Assembly (NCBI GenBank): GCA_902778725.1
Contig: CACYYS010000014.1
Location: 418 to 64,417, forward strand
From: an uncultured Ruminococcus sp.
Lineage (GTDB): Bacteria; Bacillota; Clostridia; Oscillospirales; CAG-272
Length of the DNA stretch: 64,000 bases
Reading direction: 5' to 3'
Both the position numbers and the translations under genes were made by a program. This document shows positions 56,530 to 64,000 of the stretch, in pieces (within the stretch, counting starts at the first letter, position 1; every line of letters starts with the position of its first letter). The notes beneath the pieces are model-generated. The model was not told where the DNA came from. It did not search any database and was given only the letters and a program-made list of their open reading frames with translations.

Positions 56530-58386
56530 TCAGGGAGTCGGGGAGGCGTTTTCACGGGTCCCGGCAACGCCGGTCGTCTCCGCGGCGCCGGTCGTTTCCG
56601 CCGCCGTCGTGGCAGGGGCGGTGGAAGCGTCTGTCGTGACCGCGGCGGTCGTCTTTGCCGTTTCGGTACCCGTCTGGGAGTCCGTTGTGGAAGGCGCTGT
56701 CGTGACCGGCGCCGTTGTGACGGGCGCCGCCGTCGTGACGGGGGCTGTCGTTACGACCGGCTCCGGCCCTTTGCTGAGGACAAAGTCGATCTTGGTCACG
56801 AATTTGGCGACGCGCCGGTCGGGTTCGGGATTCTGCTTGAGGACGACCCCTTCTTTCTCTTTTTTCGAATACTCGTAGGTCACCTCGCCCACCTCCAGAT
56901 CCGCGTCAAGGAGGGCTTTCAGGGCGCTCTTTTCATCCATCCCGATAAACTTCGGGACGTAGACGTACTCGATCTCCTCGCCGCTGCTGACGTAAAGCTC
57001 GATGATGTCTCCGGTCCGGACGGTCGCGCCCGGCTCCGGCGAGGTGCGGATCACAAAGCCGCCGGGGATCGCGTCGTGCATCTCGCGGATCAGGGTGACG
57101 CCCAACCCCTTTTCCCGGAGAGCGATCTCCGCCGTCCGGGCGTTTTGCAGGGAGTAGTCGCCGAGGATCTGCTCCTCCATCCCGGCGCTGACGGTCAGCA
57201 CCAGCTTGACGGTCTGTCCCCCTTTGAGCCTGCGGTTTTCCCCGGGCGAGGGGCTCTGCGACATGATTACGCCCTTTTCCACGTTTTTATCGAATACTTC
57301 GACAAACTGTACGGTGTAGTTTTTCCCGAGAGAGGAGACGAGCTCCTCGTTTGCGATCTTTCCCATGCAATCCGCCACCGTCACGACCTGGACGGTCCCG
57401 CCGCCGGAGAAGAAGAGGGTCTTGACGACAAAGATCCCGGCGACGACCAGCGCGATGCCGAAGGCGGAGAGGATGCCGAGGATGATCGGGAGCATCGGGC
57501 TGGCGCCCTGATGCTTTTTCGCTTCCGCGAGGCGGACGGTACGGTTCGGATGGCGTTTCACTTTTTGCAGATACTTTTGCATTTGAGCGGCGGACTCAAA
57601 GCGGTCGAGCGGATTTTTCTCCATCGCGGTCAGGATCAGGCTGTTGAGACCGTTGGGGATATCCTTTTTCAGTTCTTTGGGGCGTTTCGGGGTCTCGCTG
57701 ATCTGCTTTAAGGCGATCGAGACGGTGCTGTCGCTGTTGAAGGGGAGCTTGCCTGTCGCCAGCTCGTACATCAGCGCGCCGAGGGAGTAGATATCGGACC
57801 GGGCGTCCACCTTTTTGCCTTTCGCCTGTTCGGGGCTGATATAATAGACGGTGCCGATCGCCTTGCCGGACATATTGGCGGTCTCCTTGGTCGCCGTCAG
57901 CTTGGCGATGCCGAAGTCCGCGACCTTGATGGTCCCGTCCCGGAGCAGGAGGATGTTCTGCGGTTTGATGTCGCGGTGGATCACGCCCCGCTCGTGCGCG
58001 TGCTGGAGCGCGGCGAGGATCTGCTCGGAGATGGAGCAGACCTCTTCAAAGGGGAGCGCGCCCCGCTTTTTCATATAACTTTCCAGCGTGACGCCCTCGA
58101 TATACTCCATCACGATGTATTTCAGCTTTTCGCTGACGGAGACGTCGTAGATGTTCACGATGTTTTTGTGGGAGAGCATCGCCACCGCTTTGGACTCGTT
58201 GATAAAGCGCTTGACGGCTTCCTCGTCGTCGGCAAATTCGTCGCGCAGCAGCTTGACGGCGACGGTGCGGTTCATCCGGGTGTCCTGCGCGCGGAAGACG
58301 ACGGCCATCCCGCCGGTGCCGATCAACTCTTCGATCTGATAGCGCCGGTCAAAGAGCTGACCGACGTATTCTTCATAACGGTTCAT
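56530..58386 (-). CDS. prkC: PASTA-domain Ser/Thr kinase PrkC/Stk1 with a Thr-rich tail
   Basis: GTGGMAVV, HRDIKPQN, DFGIA, GTVYYISPEQ, a TM helix and about 3 PASTA repeats. Confidence 0.95.
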   Translation of the reverse strand: MNRYEEYVGQLFDRRYQIEELIGTGGMAVVFRAQDTRMNRTVAVKLLRDEFADDEEAVKRFINESKAVAMLSHKNIVNIYDVSVSEKLKYIVMEYIEGVTLESYMKKRGALPFEEVCSISEQILAALQHAHERGVIHRDIKPQNILLLRDGTIKVADFGIAKLTATKETANMSGKAIGTVYYISPEQAKGKKVDARSDIYSLGALMYELATGKLPFNSDSTVSIALKQISETPKRPKELKKDIPNGLNSLILTAMEKNPLDRFESAAQMQKYLQKVKRHPNRTVRLAEAKKHQGASPMLPIILGILSAFGIALVVAGIFVVKTLFFSGGGTVQVVTVADCMGKIANEELVSSLGKNYTVQFVEVFDKNVEKGVIMSQSPSPGENRRLKGGQTVKLVLTVSAGMEEQILGDYSLQNARTAEIALREKGLGVTLIREMHDAIPGGFVIRTSPEPGATVRTGDIIELYVSSGEEIEYVYVPKFIGMDEKSALKALLDADLEVGEVTYEYSKKEKEGVVLKQNPEPDRRVAKFVTKIDFVLSKGPEPVVTTAPVTTAAPVTTAPVTTAPSTTDSQTGTETAKTTAAVTTDASTAPATTAAETTGAAETTGVAGTRENASPTP

Positions 58387-59165
58387 TTTTCTGTTTCCTC
58401 CTCGCCGGTAAAGGCCATCACGGCGGTGATGTTGTCCGAGCCGCCTTCTTCGTTCGCCAGCTTTACCAGGCGGCGGACGGTCGCTTCGATCGGCAGGGAG
58501 AAGTCGGCGAGGTATTTTCCGATCACGGCGTTTTCCGCGTTGGAGCTGAGCCCGTCCGAGCAGATCAGGACGCGGCTGTCCTCTACCACGGCGGTGAAGA
58601 CGTCGGTCGCGAGGCCGGGCGCCACCCCGACGGCGCGGGTGATGATATTGCGGTTTTTATCGGTGCGGGCCTCATCCTCCGAGATCCGCCCGAGATCCAC
58701 GAGGTACTGGACGTAGGAGTGGTCGCGGGAGAGCTGGCGCATATCGCCGTCGCGGCTGCAGGTGTAGACGCGGCTGTCCCCGATGTTGATCCCGCAGAGC
58801 AGGTCGCGCGTGACCAGAGCCGCGGCGAGGGTCGTTCCCATCCCCTGCAGCTCCGGCTGATGCTCCGCCCGCTCGAACACGGCGCGGTTCGCCTTTTGCG
58901 CCGCCTCCGCGAGATCGCTCATGATCTTTTCCGTGTCGGCGGTGAAGTACCCTTTTTCCGGGTCGTAGTATTCCTCCGCCTTTCCGGCGATCGCCTCGTA
59001 AAAAGTCCGGATCGCGATGGCGCTCGCCTCTTTCCCGCCGGCGACGCCGCCCATCCCGTCGCAGACGCAGAGCAGAGCGAGGCCGGGCAGGAGCTCCTTT
59101 GCGATAAAGTCGTCCTGGTTGACGAGACGTTCCCGTCCGATGTCGGTCATTCCGAAGATCTGCAT
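58383..59165 (-). CDS. prpC: PP2C Ser/Thr phosphatase PrpC/Stp1
   Basis: TDIG..R..NQD, CDGMGG, GMGTT, NIGDSR, CSDGL, GGSDNIT. Confidence 0.95.
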   Translation of the reverse strand: MQIFGMTDIGRERLVNQDDFIAKELLPGLALLCVCDGMGGVAGGKEASAIAIRTFYEAIAGKAEEYYDPEKGYFTADTEKIMSDLAEAAQKANRAVFERAEHQPELQGMGTTLAAALVTRDLLCGINIGDSRVYTCSRDGDMRQLSRDHSYVQYLVDLGRISEDEARTDKNRNIITRAVGVAPGLATDVFTAVVEDSRVLICSDGLSSNAENAVIGKYLADFSLPIEATVRRLVKLANEEGGSDNITAVMAFTGEEETEK

Positions 59166-59168
59166 AGA

Positions 59169-60260
59169 CTATCTCACCGTCCTTTCGGTAGTGTGTGGAG
59201 ATCCCGCGTCCTTTATGCGGGAGCGGCGCAGCTGGCCGCACGCGGCGTCGATGTCCGGTCCCAGCCGCCGCCGCAGGGTGGCGTTCATCCCGAGGCGGCA
59301 GAGCGCCTCGCAGAAGGCCTTTGCCGCCGCGTCGTCCGGGGAGCGGTAGTCCCGCTCGCGGACGGGGTTGAGGCGGATCAGGTTGATATGGACCGGAGTC
59401 CCCTCGGGAAAGTAGCGGCGCAGGAGCCGCGCAAGGCGCCGGGCGTCCTCCTCGCTGTCGTTTTCTCCGCGGAGCATCGTGTATTCAAAGCTGATCCTGC
59501 GTCCCGTCGCGGAAAAATAGTCGCGGCAGGCGGAGAGCAGGACGTCGAGGGGGTAACGGTCGTTGACCGGCATCACGGCGGAGCGCCGCGCGTCGTCGGA
59601 GGCGTGCAGGGAGATCGAGAGGGTGATCGGCAGGTCGGCCCGCTTCAGCTCTTCGATCTTGTCGGCAAGCCCGCAGGTGGAGAGGGAGATGTGGCGGTAT
59701 CCGATGCAAAGCCCCTCCGGTTCCCCCACGAGCGCAAGGAATTTCAGGACGTTTTCGAGGTTGTCGAGCGGCTCGCCGATCCCCATCATCACGATCCCGT
59801 CGATCCGCCGACCGGCGTCCCGCCCGGCGGCGATCACCTGCCCGTAGATCTCGGAAGGGAGCAGGTCCCGGACCCGTCCCCCGATCGTGGAGGCGCAGAA
59901 GCGGCAGCCCATCCGGCAGCCGACCTGGGAGGAGACGCAGAGGGTCGCGCCGTGCTCGTAGAGCATCAGCACGCTCTCCACCTCCTCGCCGTCGGTCATG
60001 CGCATCAGGTATTTGGTCGTGCCGTCCAGCGCGGAAACCTGTTTCTGCGCGATCTCGGGGATGCGGTATTCCGCCGTCTCCTCCAGCCTCGCGCGCAGAG
60101 AGAGGGGAAAGGTCGTGATCTCCGAAAAGCGCTTCCCCCGCGCGATCGCGGAGAAGAACTGCTTTGCGCGGTACTTCGGCTCCCCGAGGGAGGAAAAATA
60201 AGACTCAAGCTCCCGTACCGTGAGGGAACAGAGATCGGTCTTTACGGTCGTTTCAGGCAT
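59169..60260 (-). CDS. rlmN: Dual-specificity RNA methyltransferase RlmN
   Basis: CVSSQVGCRMGCRFCAS, MGIGEP, ISLHA, DIDAACGQL. Confidence 0.97.
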   Translation of the reverse strand: MPETTVKTDLCSLTVRELESYFSSLGEPKYRAKQFFSAIARGKRFSEITTFPLSLRARLEETAEYRIPEIAQKQVSALDGTTKYLMRMTDGEEVESVLMLYEHGATLCVSSQVGCRMGCRFCASTIGGRVRDLLPSEIYGQVIAAGRDAGRRIDGIVMMGIGEPLDNLENVLKFLALVGEPEGLCIGYRHISLSTCGLADKIEELKRADLPITLSISLHASDDARRSAVMPVNDRYPLDVLLSACRDYFSATGRRISFEYTMLRGENDSEEDARRLARLLRRYFPEGTPVHINLIRLNPVRERDYRSPDDAAAKAFCEALCRLGMNATLRRRLGPDIDAACGQLRRSRIKDAGSPHTTERTVR

Positions 60261-61587
60261 GGGCGTTTTCCTTTTTGATCATCCGGCAGAGGAAAAAACC
60301 GTCGGTGTGGGTCTTTGCGGGCAGGAGCGTCAGCATCCCGTTTTCAGACGGGAGAGCCGTCCCGTCCCGGCCGGTGAAGGTGAAGTCGAGCGGAGAGAAC
60401 TCCGGATGCGCGGCGAGAAAGCGCCGGCAGACCTCGTCGTTCTCCGCGCGGCGGAGAGTACAGGTGGAATAGACCAGCACGCCGCCCTCCCGGAGGTAGT
60501 CGGAGGAGGCGTCGAGGATCGCGTAGGAGGTCTCCGGCAGGGGGAGGACCTCCGCCTCCTCTTTGCGGCGGATATCCGGCTTTTTGGCGGCGACGCCGAG
60601 CCCGGAGCAGGGCACGTCGCAGAGGACGCGGTCCAGCTTGCCGAACAGCTTTTTGCGCGGGGAGAGAGCGTTCTGCTCGGCGGGGAAGACGTTTTCCAGA
60701 CCGAGGCGCCGCGCGCCGCTCTCGATCAGGGAGAGCTTGGAGCGGTGCAGATCGAAGGAGCGTACCCGTCCCGTCCCCTTCATATCGAGGGCAAGGGAAA
60801 AGCTCTTGGAGCCCGGCGCGGCGCAGACGTCCGCGACGTCCTCGCCCTCCTTTGCTCCGAGGAGGCGGGCGCAGAGCTGAGACGCCTCGTCCTGAACGAA
60901 GAAGAGACCCTCGTCAAACCCGGGGAGACGGGAAGGGGCGGCGTTTTCGCCGATCACGATCCCGCAGTCGGAAAAGTCGGTTTCCCGCGCGCCGAAGGGG
61001 GAGAGGAGAGCGAGCAGCTCTTCCCGCGAGGTCTTTTCGGTGTTGACGCGCAGGGTCAGCGGCGCCTTGCGGGAGAAGGCCTCCAGCGTTTCCTCCGCCG
61101 TTTTCTCGCCGTAGTCGCGCACCAGGGAGGCGCACATCCAGAGAGGGAAGGAATAGCGGACGGAGAGGTAGGGGAGGAGTCCGTCCTCCTTTTTCGGGAG
61201 GACGGCTTTTTCCGGCTCGCGCAGATAGGAGCGCAGCACGGCGTTGACAAAGCCGCGCTCGCCCTGCTGCCGCGCCAGCGCGACCGTCTCGTTCACGGCG
61301 GCGTGCGGCGGTGTGGCGAGGAAGATCAGTTGATAGAAGCCGAGCCGGAGGATATAGCGGGTGAAGCGCTCCAGCTCCTCCACGGGGCGGGAGGAGTAGG
61401 CGGCGAGGTAGCGGTCGAGGGTGATCTGCTTTTCCGTCACGCCGTAGACGAGCAGCGTGAAGAGCGCCCGGTCCCGCTCGTCGTCAAAGGCGGCGAGCGC
61501 GGAGGGGAGCGCCAGGTTGAGATATTTTTTGTCCCGCTCCGCGTCACAGAGGAAACGGAGCGCGGCGTCTCTTACTTTGTCTTTCAT
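60253..61587 (-). CDS. rsmB: 16S rRNA m5C967 methyltransferase
   Basis: NusB-like N-terminus, VQDEASQ, DVCAAPGSK, DVPCSGLG, YSTCT, DGFF. Confidence 0.95.
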   Translation of the reverse strand: MKDKVRDAALRFLCDAERDKKYLNLALPSALAAFDDERDRALFTLLVYGVTEKQITLDRYLAAYSSRPVEELERFTRYILRLGFYQLIFLATPPHAAVNETVALARQQGERGFVNAVLRSYLREPEKAVLPKKEDGLLPYLSVRYSFPLWMCASLVRDYGEKTAEETLEAFSRKAPLTLRVNTEKTSREELLALLSPFGARETDFSDCGIVIGENAAPSRLPGFDEGLFFVQDEASQLCARLLGAKEGEDVADVCAAPGSKSFSLALDMKGTGRVRSFDLHRSKLSLIESGARRLGLENVFPAEQNALSPRKKLFGKLDRVLCDVPCSGLGVAAKKPDIRRKEEAEVLPLPETSYAILDASSDYLREGGVLVYSTCTLRRAENDEVCRRFLAAHPEFSPLDFTFTGRDGTALPSENGMLTLLPAKTHTDGFFLCRMIKKENAHA

Positions 61588-62279
61588 TTTTTTCTCCGGT
61601 CGGCGATCAGAAGGAGCCGCAGGATCTGGGTCAGGGAGACGGCGAGCGCCGCCACGTACGTCAGCGCCGCCGCGCGCAGGACCTTGCGGGAGGAGGCGAG
61701 CTCTTTTTCGGTGAAGCGCCCGCTGTCCGCCATCGCCTTCAGCGCGCGGTTGCTCGCGTCAAACTCCACGGGCAGCGTCAGAAGCTGGAAAACGGCGGAA
61801 AAGGCGAAAAGAAGGATCCCGATATACGCAAGGGAGGAAAAATTCAGCAAAAGTCCGATCGCAAAAAGCGGTATCGCGAGCGTGGAGCCGATCTCGGTCA
61901 GCGGGATGACGGCGGAACGGATGCGGACGGGGAGGTAATTCTCCTCGTGCTGGAGAGCGTGGCCCGCTTCGTGAGAGGCGACGCCCACCGCCGCGGCGGT
62001 GGCTTTGTCATGCACGGCGTCCGAGAGCCGGAGGACGTTCGAGCGGGGATCGAAGTGGTCGGTCAGCTCGCCCGCGACGCGCTCGACGCGCACGCCGTAG
62101 AGGCCGCCCCGGTCAAGGATCATCCGTGCGGCGTCCGCCCCGGTCATCCCGTTTGAGACGGGGAGGGAGGAGGCCTTTTTGAAGGTGCTTTGCACGTTGT
62201 ACTGCGCCCAGAGGGCAAAGAGGACGGCGGGGAGAACGAGGATGACGTAGGTCCAGTCGATCCCGTAATAGTAGAGCAT
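61584..62279 (-). CDS. YugP-family zinc metallopeptidase
   Basis: G.LTDHFDP, ASHEAGHALQ, TLPVEFDAS.RA, AALTYVA. Confidence 0.93.
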   Translation of the reverse strand: MLYYYGIDWTYVILVLPAVLFALWAQYNVQSTFKKASSLPVSNGMTGADAARMILDRGGLYGVRVERVAGELTDHFDPRSNVLRLSDAVHDKATAAAVGVASHEAGHALQHEENYLPVRIRSAVIPLTEIGSTLAIPLFAIGLLLNFSSLAYIGILLFAFSAVFQLLTLPVEFDASNRALKAMADSGRFTEKELASSRKVLRAAALTYVAALAVSLTQILRLLLIADRRKK

Positions 62280-63224
62280 TCAGTTCTCCTTTCGGCCGAG
62301 AAGATCTCCTTTTTTCAGCTTTCTGCCGCGCAGGTAGTCCGCGGCTTTCATTTTTTGCTTCCCCTCGGGGATCAGTTCGGTGATCTCGAGGACCTCTCCG
62401 TCCCCGCAGAGGACGAGGAGTCTGTTTTCATCGGAGAGGAGCTCTCCCGCCTCCCCTTCGGCCGAGAGGGAGGGCAGGGTGGAGGAGACGATCTTGAGCA
62501 GCGCCCCGCCGGGAGTAAAGGTGCGGCAGAGAGGAGAGGGAGAGAGGGCGCGGATCCGGTTGTGCAGGGTGCGCGCGGGGAGGGAGAAATCCAGCGTTTC
62601 CTCCTCTTTGCCGATCTTCGGCGCGACCGTCGCGCGGGAGTTGTCCTGCGGGATCGGGACGAGCGTGCCGGCCGCCAGTTTTTCCAGCGTTTCGGTCAGT
62701 GCGTCGGCGCCGAGCCGGGCGAGCGCGTCCGAGACGGAGCCGAAGCACTCGTCCTTCCCCGGCCGGTAGGTGCGGGTGAGGAGCATATCGCCGGTGTCCA
62801 TCCCCTCGTCCATCTTCATCGTCGTAACGCCGACGGTCTCGCGCCCGTCCATGAGGGAGCGCTGCATCGGCGCGGCGCCGCGGTATTCGGGGAGCAGGCT
62901 GCCGTGCACGTTGACGCAGCCGAGGGGGGGATAGGCGAGGACGGAGGCGGGGAGGATCTTGCCGAACGCGACGACGACGATCACCTCCGGGTCGAGCCGC
63001 AGAAGGAGCGAGGCGAACGCCCCGTCCCGCAGGGTGTCCGGCTGGAAGACGGGGAGACCGAGCTCCTCCGCGCGCACCTTGACGGGCGGCGGAGTGAGAC
63101 GCATCTTTCTCCCCTGCGGGGTGTCCTTTTTTGTGACGACGCCGCAGATCTCGTGTCCCGCGGCGACCAGAGCGTCGAGGGAGACGACGGCGAATTCCGG
63201 CGTCCCCATGAACAGTATCTTCAT
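62280..63224 (-). CDS. fmt: Methionyl-tRNA formyltransferase
   Basis: FMGTPEFA, VAFGKILP, NVHGSLLPEYRGAAP, MDTGD. Confidence 0.97.
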   Translation of the reverse strand: MKILFMGTPEFAVVSLDALVAAGHEICGVVTKKDTPQGRKMRLTPPPVKVRAEELGLPVFQPDTLRDGAFASLLLRLDPEVIVVVAFGKILPASVLAYPPLGCVNVHGSLLPEYRGAAPMQRSLMDGRETVGVTTMKMDEGMDTGDMLLTRTYRPGKDECFGSVSDALARLGADALTETLEKLAAGTLVPIPQDNSRATVAPKIGKEEETLDFSLPARTLHNRIRALSPSPLCRTFTPGGALLKIVSSTLPSLSAEGEAGELLSDENRLLVLCGDGEVLEITELIPEGKQKMKAADYLRGRKLKKGDLLGRKEN

Positions 63225-63228
63225 CGTT

Positions 63229-63723
63229 TTATTCGGCGGGGATCAGTCCCGCTTCCTTCATCTCTTTCTTTGTCAGCATATGGACGGCAACGTCGGGATA
63301 GAGCTTTCCGTCCAGGTGGTCAAGCTCGTGGCAGAGGGCGCGCGCGAGCAGGTCGGAGCCCGTCACTTCAAAAAAATCTCCGTTCCGGTCCTGCGCCCGT
63401 ACCGTTACCGTCTTCGGGCGGAGGGTATAGCCCCAGCGTCCGGGGAGGGAGAGGCAGCCCTCCATCTCGGTCTGCGTTTCCTCGGACGCTTTGATGATCA
63501 CGGGATTGATCAGCTCGATCGGGTGACCCTCTTCCGTCTCGACCACGACGACCCGGCGCAGCACGCCGACCTGCACGGCGGCAAGCCCGCAGCCGTTTGC
63601 GCGGCGCATCGTCTCCAGCATATCGTCGAGCAGGGTCGTGATGCGCGGGGTGATCTCGTCGACCCGCCGGCTGATCTTGCGCAGGGTCGGGTCGTCGTCC
63701 TTGATGATGTTGCGTATTGCCAT
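63229..63723 (-). CDS. def: Peptide deformylase
   Basis: GCGLAAVQVG, EGCLS, HELDHLDG; start at MAIRNI. Confidence 0.96.
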   Translation of the reverse strand: MAIRNIIKDDDPTLRKISRRVDEITPRITTLLDDMLETMRRANGCGLAAVQVGVLRRVVVVETEEGHPIELINPVIIKASEETQTEMEGCLSLPGRWGYTLRPKTVTVRAQDRNGDFFEVTGSDLLARALCHELDHLDGKLYPDVAVHMLTKKEMKEAGLIPAE

Positions 63724-63746
63724 GGTTTCGCCTTTCTTTTTTTCGT

Positions 63747-64000
63747 TCAGATTCCCGAGGGGTTGAGATCGGCGGACAGCGTCACGCCGCTTTTGCCCGC
63801 CCCTTCTCCGAACTCGCAGAGCAGCGTCCCGAAGAAGAGACGCGTCCGGGCGGAGAGCCGGCATTTGACGACCATCCGCATCCGGTAGCGGTCCGCAAGC
63901 TTGTAGATCGGCGCTTCAAAGGGACCGAAGGCCGTCACCTTCACGTCGGAAAAGTCGTTTTGCAGATGGGCGGCGAAGAGGGAGGAGAGTCGCTCGCTCG
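63747..64000 (-). CDS. priA: Primosomal protein N' (C-terminal fragment, 5' end outside the window)
   Basis: GPFEAPIYKLADRYR.R.VVK and terminal D.NP; conserved priA-def-fmt synteny. Confidence 0.85.
   Translation of the reverse strand, partial: SERLSSLFAAHLQNDFSDVKVTAFGPFEAPIYKLADRYRMRMVVKCRLSARTRLFFGTLLCEFGEGAGKSGVTLSADLNPSGI

Overview
GC-rich chromosomal window from a probably spore-forming Clostridia (Oscillospirales-like, inferred from yabP/yabQ/divIC, the gene clusters and repeat style). It is mostly housekeeping: ppdK, pth-mfd-foldase, alr-murI-aspS, rbfA-nrnA, parB-like, hpf, murA, cdaA-cdaR, recJ-rel-hemZ, flippase-hup-yabOPQ-divIC and the priA-def-fmt-rsmB-rlmN-prpC-prkC-rsgA cluster. 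An accessory block at about 18-35 kb holds an ECF sigma/anti-sigma pair, an AraC-GH39-GH43-MATE-esterase glycan locus, two more GH43 lipoproteins and two families of structured tandem repeats. The best lead is at 28.0-29.7 kb: a sigma70 promoter, then two tandem preQ1-I-like riboswitch aptamers (the first with a terminator/antiterminator, the second over the Shine-Dalgarno), controlling a VUT/YhhQ queuosine-precursor transporter that is translationally coupled to an uncharacterised NAD-type SDR. This is a candidate undescribed queuosine salvage step. aspS and nrnA each carry an apparent microhomology-bounded frameshifting deletion (real lesion or assembly collapse). No rRNA, tRNA, CRISPR array, transposase or prophage gene was recognised. 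All calls come from reading motifs by eye; no database searches were run.
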